This document shows, piece by piece, positions 45,388 to 55,095 of a DNA stretch of 59,308 nucleotides. The first letter of the stretch is position 1, and every line of letters begins with the position of its first letter. The DNA lies in IMG/VR virus record IMGVR_UViG_3300030099_001381, positions 1-59,308 of that record; one strand, 5' to 3'. Under the pieces are notes generated by a model. The model saw only the letters and a program-made list of their open reading frames with translations. It was not told the DNA's origin and made no database searches. The DNA comes from a virus. Lineage: Duplodnaviria; Caudoviricetes. A program made the position numbers and the translations under genes.

Positions 45388-46485
45388 ATGGGAAACCACG
45401 CAGTCAAAGACCAAGTATTAATTAATGCCTTAGACCAATTTTTAGTATCAGGAACTCAAAAAAAAGCAGCACAAGATTTAGGTATGCCTTTAACTACCTT
45501 TCGTTCTCATTGCACAATGGCTAGAGAAAGATGGGATATTACTGAAGATGAGTTTTGGAATAAAGATTTTAAACATAAAGTTCCTAATTCAGAAGATGTT
45601 TTTGCCCCAAGATTTGAAAGTATTAATCCTGATGCAGAAGATGATATAGAAGAATATATAGATCATCTTACTAAAAGATTTACACGAGCTAAAAATAAAA
45701 AAGAAAAAACAAAATGGCATAAAGTCAAAATACAAAAGAATGAACCTATAGGACTAGTTTGGTTAGGTGATCCTCACATTGATGATAATGGATGTGATTG
45801 GGTAACTCTCAGAAGAGATTTAGATATAATAAATTCTCATCCTAATATAAAAGGTTGCAGTTTGGGAGATTTACAAAATAATTGGGTGGGTCGCTTGGGT
45901 AGGCTCTACGCCAATCAAGACACTTCTGCTGAGACCAGTTGGAAGCTCGTGGAATGGCTTGTAAAGGAAGGAGACTTTCTTTTATTAGTAGGAGGTAACC
46001 ACGATCTTTGGTCAGGAGCAGGTGATCCTATTACATATATGAAATCAGAACACACAATATATGAACCTTGGGATGCAAGAATATGTCTTGAGTTTCCTAA
46101 CGGAAGACAATGTAAAATTTATACGGCTCACGATATGCCAGGTCATTCACAATGGAATCCACTTCATGCTCAAATGAAAAAAGCTAAGTGGCAAAGTGAT
46201 GCTGATTTATATATATCAGGTCATAAACATAATTGGGCATTAGCACAACACGAGTTGTATGATGGAAAAGTTCATTGGTTGGCTCGTGCTCGTGGGTATA
46301 AATTTTTTGATGATTATGCAAGAAATCTTGGATTAGATGAACAAGTTAATGGTCAAGCTATTATGCAGGTAATTGATCCGTTTGCAGAAGGTACTAGCTT
46401 TACACATTGTTTTTCTGATATACAATATGGAAAAGAATTTCTTATGTTTCTTTTAAACAAATATTCTGATAAAAAGGATAAGTAA
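45388..46485 (+). CDS. Calcineurin-like metallophosphoesterase with N-terminal HTH
   Basis: GDPH, GD, GNHD, H and GHKH motifs; TQKKAAQDLGMPLTTFRSH helix-turn-helix. Confidence 0.85.
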   Translation: MGNHAVKDQVLINALDQFLVSGTQKKAAQDLGMPLTTFRSHCTMARERWDITEDEFWNKDFKHKVPNSEDVFAPRFESINPDAEDDIEEYIDHLTKRFTRAKNKKEKTKWHKVKIQKNEPIGLVWLGDPHIDDNGCDWVTLRRDLDIINSHPNIKGCSLGDLQNNWVGRLGRLYANQDTSAETSWKLVEWLVKEGDFLLLVGGNHDLWSGAGDPITYMKSEHTIYEPWDARICLEFPNGRQCKIYTAHDMPGHSQWNPLHAQMKKAKWQSDADLYISGHKHNWALAQHELYDGKVHWLARARGYKFFDDYARNLGLDEQVNGQAIMQVIDPFAEGTSFTHCFSDIQYGKEFLMFLLNKYSDKKDK

Positions 46486-46506
46486 CATAAATTAAATAGG
46501 TATTAA

Positions 46507-47205
46507 ATGGCAACTTCAGGAACTTCGACATTCAATTTAGATATAGGTGAGATTTGCGAAGAAGCATTTGAGAGAGCAGGATTAGAGATGCGTACAGGTT
46601 ACGATCTTAGAACTGCTAGACGATCTTTAAATTTACTTTGTTTGGAATGGCAAAATAGAGGAATTAACCTTTGGACAGTAAAAAAAGGTGAAATTGATAT
46701 TGTTGCAGGAACTGCTAAATATAATATAGAAACAGACGCTATAAGTTTAATAGAACAATTTATTAGAACAAACGAAGGTAACTCTACTTCTCAAACAGAT
46801 TTGCCTGTTACTAGAATTAGTAATTCTACTTACTCAGGAATACCGAACAAACTAACAACAGGAAAACCTATTCAAGTTTGGATTAACAGACAAAGAGAAA
46901 GACCTGAAGTTAATTTCTGGCCAGTACCTGATTCTGCTGAACCTTATAAATTTGTATATTATTATTTAAGAAGAATTGAAGATGTAGGTGATGTAGCAAG
47001 TTTAGATGCTGATGTTCCTGTTAGATTTCTTCCTGCATTAGTTGCAGGTTTAGCATTGCATATAGCAATTAAAAGACCTGAATCACAAGAAAGAGTATTA
47101 TTGTTAAAAGAATATTACGAGGAACAATTTAAATTAGCTTCTGAAGAAGATAGAGTTAAAGCAACTGTTCAGTTTGTTCCCTTCAGCTATAGTTATGGTC
47201 AGTAA
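46507..47205 (+). CDS. Head-to-tail adaptor
   Basis: EEAFERAG, ARRSLN...WQNRG, WPVPD motifs. Confidence 0.75.
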   Translation: MATSGTSTFNLDIGEICEEAFERAGLEMRTGYDLRTARRSLNLLCLEWQNRGINLWTVKKGEIDIVAGTAKYNIETDAISLIEQFIRTNEGNSTSQTDLPVTRISNSTYSGIPNKLTTGKPIQVWINRQRERPEVNFWPVPDSAEPYKFVYYYLRRIEDVGDVASLDADVPVRFLPALVAGLALHIAIKRPESQERVLLLKEYYEEQFKLASEEDRVKATVQFVPFSYSYGQ

Positions 47206-47541
47206 ATGGTTAAGTATGCTACAGGAAAACACGCTTTTGGATTTTGTGACAGAACAGGTTTTCGTTATAAATTAAAAGATTTAAAAAGAGAATTTGTAGG
47301 AGGAAATCCTACAGGATTTCTAGTAGGTAAAGATGTTTGGGATAAAGATGCGGCTCAAAACTTTCAAGGAAAATATGTTTTTCAAGATGCACAAGCATTG
47401 CCTTATGCAAGACCTGATCAAAATTTAGATGAAAGTAGAAGACTTTTTGCTTTTAATCCTGTTGGAAATGGTAATGGAGGTGGTGGAGGAAATTTAATAA
47501 TAACTACCGATGTTGGTAGTGTTACAGTAACAACGAGCTAA
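47206..47541 (+). CDS. Conserved neck-region protein
   Basis: GFCDRTGFRY...ARPD. Confidence 0.6.
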   Translation: MVKYATGKHAFGFCDRTGFRYKLKDLKREFVGGNPTGFLVGKDVWDKDAAQNFQGKYVFQDAQALPYARPDQNLDESRRLFAFNPVGNGNGGGGGNLIITTDVGSVTVTTS

Positions 47542-47544
47542 ATT

Positions 47545-48189
47545 ATGTCATATACTTATACTACATTAGTACAAGCAATTAAAGATTATGCTAATACAGA
47601 TGAAACTACATTTAATAATAATATAAATAATTTTATAACAAGTGCAGAAGATAGAATACTTAGAACTTGTCAATTACCTAATTTTAGAAAAAATGTAGAA
47701 GGTCAAATGTCAGCAGGTACTCAGTATCTTTCTACACCTTCTGATTTTTTATCACCTTTTTCTTTATCTATTACAGATTCAAATAAACAATCTTTTTTAT
47801 TATTAAAAGAAGTAGCTTTTTTAAGAGAAGCATATCCTAATGCCTCTACTCAAGGTGAACCTAAATACTATGCATTATTTGATGATGATACTTTTATGTT
47901 AGCTCCTACACCTACAAATGGTTACACAACTGAGTTACATTACTTTTACAATCCTCCGTCTATTACAGAAGACGCAAGTGGAGAAACATGGTTGGGAACA
48001 AATGCACCTGAATGCTTACTTTATGGTTCTTTAGTTCAGGCAAATTTATTTTTAAAAGGTCAGCCTGAGATGCAAGCAGAGTATGAAAAACAATATCAAG
48101 AAGCTCTTACTAGATTAAGAAACGAATCAGCAGGAAAAGATATGCAAGATAGTTATAGATTTGGTCAACCAAGGCAAGTAGTTCAATAA
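47545..48189 (+). CDS. Second adaptor / tail tubular protein
   Basis: AEDRI, PKYYA, LAPTP, TWL...LLYGSL. Confidence 0.7.
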   Translation: MSYTYTTLVQAIKDYANTDETTFNNNINNFITSAEDRILRTCQLPNFRKNVEGQMSAGTQYLSTPSDFLSPFSLSITDSNKQSFLLLKEVAFLREAYPNASTQGEPKYYALFDDDTFMLAPTPTNGYTTELHYFYNPPSITEDASGETWLGTNAPECLLYGSLVQANLFLKGQPEMQAEYEKQYQEALTRLRNESAGKDMQDSYRFGQPRQVVQ

Positions 48190-48201
48190 AGGAAATATAT
48201 T

Positions 48202-48486
48202 ATGAATGACATAGGCTTATCCGTAGGTAGTGTAATTGTTTCAACAACTAAAAATTCAGGACACTCAGCAGAGTATTGGGCAGAACAAGCAACTAATAAA
48301 ATTATACAATATTCGGATAATATTGATCCTGTCTTGCAACAACAAGCAAAAGAGTTTAAAAATAATATTTACACTGTTGTATTAGATTATATGAAAAAAG
48401 CTGTTCAATCAGATAGAAGTACATTAATATATACATTAGAAAAAGAAGGTCACAAATGTGGCTCAGATATAATTAGGAGATTATAA
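48202..48486 (+). CDS. Hypothetical tail-region protein
   Basis: 94-aa ORF coupled to the downstream gene. Confidence 0.6.
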   Translation: MNDIGLSVGSVIVSTTKNSGHSAEYWAEQATNKIIQYSDNIDPVLQQQAKEFKNNIYTVVLDYMKKAVQSDRSTLIYTLEKEGHKCGSDIIRRL

Positions 48487-48920
48487 TGGCAATAACTCAA
48501 GCAATGACTACTTCTTTTAAGCGTCAGCTTTTAGAAGCAGGTCATAATTTTAAAACTTCTGGTGCAGGTGGTAATACATTTAAAATTGCTTTGTATACAA
48601 ATGCAGCAAGTTTAGATGCAGGAACAACTACATTTACTACAACTAACGAAGCTAGTGGAACTAATTATGATTCAGGTGGAAAAGTATTAACTAATGCAAC
48701 ACCTGCTACTTCAGGCACTACAGCTTTTTGTGATTTTAGTGATGTTACTTGGTCAGCTAGTTCTATTACTGCAAGAGGGGCACTTATTTACAATACAAAT
48801 CTTTCAAATGCAGCTGTTGCTGTTTTAGATTTTGGTGCTGATAAAACATCTACAAGTGGTGATTTTACAGTTCAGTTCCCAACTGCTGACGCAACAAATG
48901 CTATAATAAGGTTAGCATAA
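48486..48920 (+). CDS. Tail structural protein
   Basis: TSFK.QLL, FKIALYT, ARGALIYN, VLDFG. Confidence 0.7.
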   Translation: MAITQAMTTSFKRQLLEAGHNFKTSGAGGNTFKIALYTNAASLDAGTTTFTTTNEASGTNYDSGGKVLTNATPATSGTTAFCDFSDVTWSASSITARGALIYNTNLSNAAVAVLDFGADKTSTSGDFTVQFPTADATNAIIRLA

Positions 48921-49601
48921 ATGCCTCATTTTAGTCTGAAAATATCAGATAGAGTAAAAGAAACTACTACTACAACAGGCACAGGCACTCTTACTCTTGC
49001 AGGTGCTGTTGATGGATTTCAGGCTTTTAGTGTTTTAGGTGATGGAGCAAGAACACAATACGCTATTGTAGATACAGGAAACAATACATTTGAAACAGGA
49101 ATAGGAACTTATACATCTAGTGGTACTACATTAAGTAGAGATTTTATTTTTGAATCTTCTAATTCAAACGCATTAGTTAATTTTGGTGCAGGTGAAAAAC
49201 AAGCATTTGTTACCATGCCAGCTGAAAGATCAGGTGTTTTATCTGCTGTTGATATATCCTCTGCTTCAGGAACTATTAATGGAGCACAAAATGTTATACC
49301 TGAAACAACAGGTGGATTTACTTTAGGTTCAGTATTTACAGCAAAAAATGGTACAACAATAGGTGCAAATGGCTCGGTAACTGTATTCGATAATTCAGTA
49401 TATTATATTGCAGATACACCATATGTTAACGAAGTTTCTCCTTTTTGGTCTGATGGTACAATCACAGAAAATACAGTTGCTTTAGGACAATTTAATGTGG
49501 TAGGCTCGGTATCAATTACTGGTTCAGGAAGCGTTGAAGTTATTGACGCAACTTCTCACGCCACACTAGATTTAGGTAACACAGTTACATTAAACGCATA
49601 G
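48921..49601 (+). CDS. Tail / fibre-attachment protein
   Basis: DRVKETTTTTGTGT...ETGIGTY N-terminal domain. Confidence 0.65.
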   Translation: MPHFSLKISDRVKETTTTTGTGTLTLAGAVDGFQAFSVLGDGARTQYAIVDTGNNTFETGIGTYTSSGTTLSRDFIFESSNSNALVNFGAGEKQAFVTMPAERSGVLSAVDISSASGTINGAQNVIPETTGGFTLGSVFTAKNGTTIGANGSVTVFDNSVYYIADTPYVNEVSPFWSDGTITENTVALGQFNVVGSVSITGSGSVEVIDATSHATLDLGNTVTLNA

Positions 49602-49610
49602 GATAATAAA

Positions 49611-50558
49611 ATGTCATTATTAACAGTAGATCAAATACAATATAACGGAGGAACAGCTCTTACCTTACCAACAGCAACACCTTCAGCAGGTGACATGTTA
49701 CAAACAAATGGTTCAGGTGTTCTTTCATGGAGAGATAGACTTCAAAAAGTAACAAATGCAGCAGGAACAGTTACTTATACAGCTCCTGCTAATGTTCAAG
49801 ATGGAAAAGCATTAGGAACAGATGGAAGTGGAACATTAGGTTGGTATTCTGGTGGTGGTGATCCAATGCAAATTAACTCTCACATTGGATGGAGACTTGC
49901 TGATAAGGCAGATTTTAATGCTATTATTTCTGGTTATGATGGCACTGAGTCAAATGGTGTTAACACAGGAGTTGGTTCAATAGATTTAACATTACCTAGT
50001 GGTGTAAATGCTTCAGATGTTATTAGTTATTATATGGAAGGTTATAATCTTTCTGCACAAAACGGAAGTTGGTATTTAAATATTGAAGTTCTAAAATCAA
50101 ATGGTTCTAATGCTGCAAACAGTCAGATTGGTCATCTTAATCAAACTCTAAGTAATAATTGGGGTGCTAATTATAGCACACAAAATACTAATAAAATTAG
50201 AGCAAACGATGGTCCGACAGGTACATTAATTCAAAATGGTTCAGTTAACACTACTTATGGTGATTGGAATAGATTACAATCTCAAAGCAGTAGTATGTCA
50301 TTTAGAGACATGAATTTTCAATTACAACATTACAATGCAAAGCACGATTTTGATGGTGTTTTAGAAGTAAATGGATATTACACTGGTAATAGTAATTATA
50401 ATTTTGCATCTTCAATTGTTTATCAAGGAAGAGGTAACCAAGGTGTTTATACAATGAGTACAGATTATGCAAATGGTTTTAAAATAGAATTAGGGGGTGG
50501 TGGTAATTGGAAAAAAGGAACTATTTGTTTATATTACTGTCTTAGAGATGGTGCATAG
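49611..50558 (+). CDS. Tail fibre paralogue 1
   Basis: LPT...LQTNGSGVLSW fibre repeats, Asn/Gly/Ser-rich head. Confidence 0.7.
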   Translation: MSLLTVDQIQYNGGTALTLPTATPSAGDMLQTNGSGVLSWRDRLQKVTNAAGTVTYTAPANVQDGKALGTDGSGTLGWYSGGGDPMQINSHIGWRLADKADFNAIISGYDGTESNGVNTGVGSIDLTLPSGVNASDVISYYMEGYNLSAQNGSWYLNIEVLKSNGSNAANSQIGHLNQTLSNNWGANYSTQNTNKIRANDGPTGTLIQNGSVNTTYGDWNRLQSQSSSMSFRDMNFQLQHYNAKHDFDGVLEVNGYYTGNSNYNFASSIVYQGRGNQGVYTMSTDYANGFKIELGGGGNWKKGTICLYYCLRDGA

Positions 50559-50567
50559 GAGAAAAAC

Positions 50568-51524
50568 ATGAGTATTTTAGTAGTAAACAGTTTAAAAAAT
50601 TCAGCAGGTAGTTCTCCAACTTTAACCATACCAACTGCTGACGGCACTGACGGACAAATCTTACAATCATCAAATAATTCAGGTAATCTTGTTTTTGGAG
50701 GAGCTCAGATAGAAGCACAGAATGGAACTAACATAACTTTTCCTGCGAGTGCAGCTGATGATCGTACTTTTGTTACTGATGCAAATGGTAATTTAACAGC
50801 AACTGCGGCAGGAGGTAATCCAATGAATACTCCTGACAATGCACATCAAGGAGAAAGACTTCTTGATAGATATGTAATATCAGGTTCTGCTGGCAATGTT
50901 AATAACATTGCTTTAACTGTACCAACAGGTTACACAAATACTGATTTAAACACTATAAGAACTATGAAAGTTGTTATGAAAGGCGTACAACTTGGAGCTG
51001 GTGGTAATTTTAAACCTACTTTAAGACTTTTAGAACAAGACGGAACAGATTTTTTTAGTGGTAGTGGAAGCAACCCTAGTGCTACTTATGCTAGGTTTGG
51101 AGTAGAAGGTAAAAGTTATGGTAATCAACAAACTAATCAAAGCAATGTCACTCAACAAAAGTATTTAACTAGAGGAGAAGTATTCAGAAGCACTAGTGGA
51201 GCTAATAATCAAGATTATTTTAGTTCAACTACTATAAATACAAATGAAGCGTATAACGCTTCAGCTTGTTTTAATGGTATAGTTTATATTAATCCAACTA
51301 GTTCTCCTTCTATGATTTCAAAAATTGATTTTATTGATAATCAAAATCAAGGAAATTTTTATAATGAACAATCCTATCTTGGTAATTTAGCTGCTCAATT
51401 AGCTTCTGGTAATAATACAGGAAGACATCCAATGGGTGTTCAAATTAGCAGTAACACAGGTAATAATTTTTCTTCAGGTGTTGTTGAATTATACGGAGTA
51501 TTTAAAGATGGAGTAGTAAGCTAA
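50568..51524 (+). CDS. Tail fibre paralogue 2
   Basis: PTADGTDGQIL repeat, ends LYGVFKDGVVS. Confidence 0.7.
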   Translation: MSILVVNSLKNSAGSSPTLTIPTADGTDGQILQSSNNSGNLVFGGAQIEAQNGTNITFPASAADDRTFVTDANGNLTATAAGGNPMNTPDNAHQGERLLDRYVISGSAGNVNNIALTVPTGYTNTDLNTIRTMKVVMKGVQLGAGGNFKPTLRLLEQDGTDFFSGSGSNPSATYARFGVEGKSYGNQQTNQSNVTQQKYLTRGEVFRSTSGANNQDYFSSTTINTNEAYNASACFNGIVYINPTSSPSMISKIDFIDNQNQGNFYNEQSYLGNLAAQLASGNNTGRHPMGVQISSNTGNNFSSGVVELYGVFKDGVVS

Positions 51525-52492
51525 TGGGAAAAATAGTTGTAAAAAAAATACAATCACAAGCAAGTAATACTGCTTTTACTATACCTTCTACTGATGGTAC
51601 TACAGGACAAGTTTTAAAAACAGATGGTTCTGCCACTTTAGATTGGACAGATAAATCATCAAAAATAAAAAGTGCTGGTATAGATTATACAATGCCTCCT
51701 TCTGATGGAACTACTGGTCAAATATTACAAACAAACGGAACTGGTGGAGTTTTAGAATTTGTAAGCCCTGCAACTAATCCATTGTCAACTCCTGATGGAA
51801 ATCATCAAGGTATAAGACTTTGCGATAAATATTTTTGTGGTTTAAATGATGCAGCTAATGTTAGTTCTGTTACTTTAACTGTTCCTTCTTCTTACACAAC
51901 TGAGCCTTCAAATGTTTTAACTTTAGAACTTTATTTAAGTGGAATGACACAATCAAATTCAGTCTCTTATGATGATCATTTTAAAATAACTATGCTAGGT
52001 CAAGACGGCTCTACTACTTCTAGAGCAACAGGTAGTCTAATTACTATGTATAATGGATATGGTAATAATTATAAAGATTGGAATACAGAAAGAAATTGGG
52101 GAACTGATCCAACAACAGGTAATGATGTTCATTTTAATGTTGGACATAATTATAATTCTTATAGCGATAGAACTAGATGGAGCACTACACAGGACACTTT
52201 TTCAAAGCATCCTGTTGGTCAATTAGTAGCAACTTGGTGGAATTCTGCTAGTTATCCTGTTTGGATGGCACAAGGATCAATGGGAAGGTCTGGTTTTGCA
52301 AGTAATGAATTACCAGGTCAAAGAATTTATAACAAAGCTGCTAACTATTCTTCAACAAATGGATTTCATAAAACAACTCCAAGCAATTTAAAACATTCTT
52401 TAGGAATGAAAATAGAATGGACATCTAGTTATACAATGCGAGATGGTGTTTTTATGTTGTTCGCTAGATTTAAAGATGGCGTAGTATCTTAG
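51524..52492 (+). CDS. Tail fibre paralogue 3
   Basis: Two DGTTGQ.L.T.G repeats, ends FKDGVVS. Confidence 0.7.
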   Translation: MGKIVVKKIQSQASNTAFTIPSTDGTTGQVLKTDGSATLDWTDKSSKIKSAGIDYTMPPSDGTTGQILQTNGTGGVLEFVSPATNPLSTPDGNHQGIRLCDKYFCGLNDAANVSSVTLTVPSSYTTEPSNVLTLELYLSGMTQSNSVSYDDHFKITMLGQDGSTTSRATGSLITMYNGYGNNYKDWNTERNWGTDPTTGNDVHFNVGHNYNSYSDRTRWSTTQDTFSKHPVGQLVATWWNSASYPVWMAQGSMGRSGFASNELPGQRIYNKAANYSSTNGFHKTTPSNLKHSLGMKIEWTSSYTMRDGVFMLFARFKDGVVS

Positions 52493-52501
52493 GAGATTTA
52501 A

Positions 52502-53587
52502 ATGACATCTAAGATAGTTGTAAATAACATTGAATCATCTTCAGCAACAAATGATGTTAAAATTAAATCAAGAAATGTAACTTATACAATGCCAACTGCT
52601 GACGGCACTAATGGTCAGTTTATGAAAACAGATGGCAGTGGTAATTTAGGTTTTGCTACAGTTGATACATCCGTAGATCAAACTTCTTTAACAAATACAG
52701 TAACAACACCAGGAACAACTTATAAAGGTGAAAGATTAGTTAAAACTCTTGATTATAGTATTACTGCTCCACCAACTGCCGCACAAAAATTTGATTTTGT
52801 AGTTCCTACATCAATGTTTACAGATGATGGTGATACAACTTTAATGTATAGAATAAACAGGTTTCGTTTTAAATTTAGAAATCTTACATGGTCAACCACT
52901 GCTAATCATCCAGGAGCTTTCTCAGGTCAAATAAGATTATTTGCTTCTGTTGCACCTTTAAATGCATCTGGTAATCTTATTTTAAGCAGTAATAATAATT
53001 ATGTAACTCAAGATTCATGGCAATATACAAGCTCTGGTGGTGGTTCTTGGAATGATTCTAGTACAACCACAGGTTCTGGTAATGCTGGTACATATAATAG
53101 AAGTGGTGGAAATCCAGCTACTTTTCCAAGATCAGCAGTAGGTTATGCTTTTGTTAGAAGTAATCAAAATCTTTATGCTTACAATGGAAATGCAGGTTTT
53201 GCTAATCAAATTAGACAAGGACAAGATGCTGTAAATAGAGTTGATAATTCAAGAATGAATGGTTTTAGAGCAAATTTTAATGGGGAACTTGAAATTCAAA
53301 ATTACAAAAATCAATGGGATGTAACTTTTGAAGCTACTACTCAAGAAAATTCTAATTCTAATAACAGTCAACTTTATGTAACTAGATCAAGAACTGTTGC
53401 AACACAAAGTGGATCAACTTGGTATGAGACAAATACAGCACCTGCACAAGGTGTAAGGTTGTATTTTTTACCTCATGATTTTAGTAGTGCTAATAGTGGT
53501 AACGGCAGTTCAGGACAAATTGAAGCAAGTTATTGGGGTTTAGCTGGTGGAAGAATAGAATTCTATGCAGACATTAGTGATTTTTAA
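52502..53587 (+). CDS. Tail fibre paralogue 4
   Basis: PTADGTNGQFMKTDGSGNLGF repeat, divergent head. Confidence 0.7.
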   Translation: MTSKIVVNNIESSSATNDVKIKSRNVTYTMPTADGTNGQFMKTDGSGNLGFATVDTSVDQTSLTNTVTTPGTTYKGERLVKTLDYSITAPPTAAQKFDFVVPTSMFTDDGDTTLMYRINRFRFKFRNLTWSTTANHPGAFSGQIRLFASVAPLNASGNLILSSNNNYVTQDSWQYTSSGGGSWNDSSTTTGSGNAGTYNRSGGNPATFPRSAVGYAFVRSNQNLYAYNGNAGFANQIRQGQDAVNRVDNSRMNGFRANFNGELEIQNYKNQWDVTFEATTQENSNSNNSQLYVTRSRTVATQSGSTWYETNTAPAQGVRLYFLPHDFSSANSGNGSSGQIEASYWGLAGGRIEFYADISDF

Positions 53588-53635
53588 GTTGATTAGTTAG
53601 TAGAATTATTATAAAAATTTAATAGGAGTATTAAT

Positions 53636-54019
53636 ATGGCAAGACCAACACAAGATGATTTTGAAGTCTTTACAACAAGACCTAAAAAAGCAGTTCGTAA
53701 TTCTGAAGGCGTAAGAGTTGTTGAAGACTACACAGATGCAGAATGGGATGAAGCTAAAGCTAGTGCACAAGAAATAATAGATAATTATGATGTTGATGCA
53801 TTTGCAAAAATTAGAGAATACAGAAATAAATTATTAAATGATTCGGATTGGGGATTAGTCGCTGATACTACATTAACTGAATCTGAGTTAGTAGATTTAA
53901 AAGCATGGAGAACTAGTCTTAGAGATTTACCTGCATCTGAAGAAGACCCTGATGACATTGTTTTTCCTGAGTGTCCTATCGATTATTTAGGTATTGAAGT
54001 ATTCCAACCATTAGCATAA
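53636..54019 (+). CDS. Tail fibre assembly chaperone
   Basis: IREYRNKLLNDSDW...WRTSLRDLP...FP motif. Confidence 0.8.
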   Translation: MARPTQDDFEVFTTRPKKAVRNSEGVRVVEDYTDAEWDEAKASAQEIIDNYDVDAFAKIREYRNKLLNDSDWGLVADTTLTESELVDLKAWRTSLRDLPASEEDPDDIVFPECPIDYLGIEVFQPLA

Positions 54020-54022
54020 AAA

Positions 54023-54238
54023 ATGACTGATGAAAAAAAAGAGGAATGGATTCCTCAACAAAAAGAATTAGAAGCACTTCATACTATGAGAATAGAACAT
54101 AACTATGATGTAAATTTTTCTGTTATTAGTGATAAAAAAGATTTTTTAGATGCTTTAATGGAAATAGATTCTTTAGAACTAGGCAATCAAATTAAACAAT
54201 TAATAGAATCTCAGGATAGACAATTCACAGTAGAATAG
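54023..54238 (+). CDS. Hypothetical protein
   Basis: 71-aa acidic ORF. Confidence 0.55.
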   Translation: MTDEKKEEWIPQQKELEALHTMRIEHNYDVNFSVISDKKDFLDALMEIDSLELGNQIKQLIESQDRQFTVE

Positions 54239-54272
54239 TGTAAGTTGTTTATATTAGGAGTAATATAAATTA

Positions 54273-55061
54273 ATGGCACTTGGTTTTACAACATATTCTG
54301 AAGCAGCATACGCACAATCTAGCGTAATTACTGATGTTGAGCAAGGACTCACAGGAGTTCAAGCTACAGGTGCTATCGGTAATGTAGGTGTTACATCTCC
54401 TGAATTAGTTATACCTACAGGTGTTGAAGCTACAGGTGCTATAGGACAAGCTCTTGGTAGAGCAGGATTTGTTTTTGCTAAACCTCGTGGCAATGAAACA
54501 TTTACTATAACAGTGCAAAGCACTGATAGTGGGAATAAATACTATGTAAATGATTTTAGACAATTAATGCCTACTGCATTACACAAAGGTTTTACTTACA
54601 TATTTGATCAATCAGATTCAAGCAACAATAATCATCCATTAAGATTTTCTACAACACCTAATGGTTCTCATGCAGGAGGATCAGAATATACAGATGGTGT
54701 AACTGTAGTAGGAACGCCAGGTCAGGCAGGAGCTTATACACAAATTGTTGTAGCTGATAATGCTCCTTCTCAACTTTATACTTATTGTATAAACCATAGT
54801 GGCATGGGCTTCTCTGTTAGCGTAGAAGCAAATGTTGAAATTAAATCTACAAGTGTAGTTGGCAACGCAACAGCAATACCTCAAATGATTGTAGTACCTA
54901 CAGGTGTTCAAGCTACAGGTGCTATTGGTAATGTAAGTATAAAGTTAAGTGCAATTGCATCTGTTACAGGAGTTTCTGCTTCAGTATCTACATCAAATGT
55001 GTTAGTTTGGAGTGAAATTGATACAGTTCAAGACCCAAATTGGGTGGAGATAGCAGCATAA
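54273..55061 (+). CDS. Tail-associated protein with cupredoxin-like insert
   Basis: TGV[QE]ATGAIG repeats flanking FDQSD..N..HPLRFS...LYTYCINHSGMG. Confidence 0.65.
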   Translation: MALGFTTYSEAAYAQSSVITDVEQGLTGVQATGAIGNVGVTSPELVIPTGVEATGAIGQALGRAGFVFAKPRGNETFTITVQSTDSGNKYYVNDFRQLMPTALHKGFTYIFDQSDSSNNNHPLRFSTTPNGSHAGGSEYTDGVTVVGTPGQAGAYTQIVVADNAPSQLYTYCINHSGMGFSVSVEANVEIKSTSVVGNATAIPQMIVVPTGVQATGAIGNVSIKLSAIASVTGVSASVSTSNVLVWSEIDTVQDPNWVEIAA

Positions 55062-55095
55062 ATATTCCCTAGAGAATATTTGATTGGAGAAATAA

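Larger units (their letters stand above)
7447..55077. repeat. Dispersed palindrome ATTCYCTAGRGAAT (at least 11 copies)
   Basis: Copies start at 7450, 14093, 18605, 20986, 22415, 24404, 27059, 30896, 39594, 43685, 55064. Confidence 0.9.

Noticed and set aside
49611-53587. Diversity-generating retroelement or invertase shuffling of fibres
   Set aside because: No reverse transcriptase, recombinase or TR/VR-like near-identical repeat seen.
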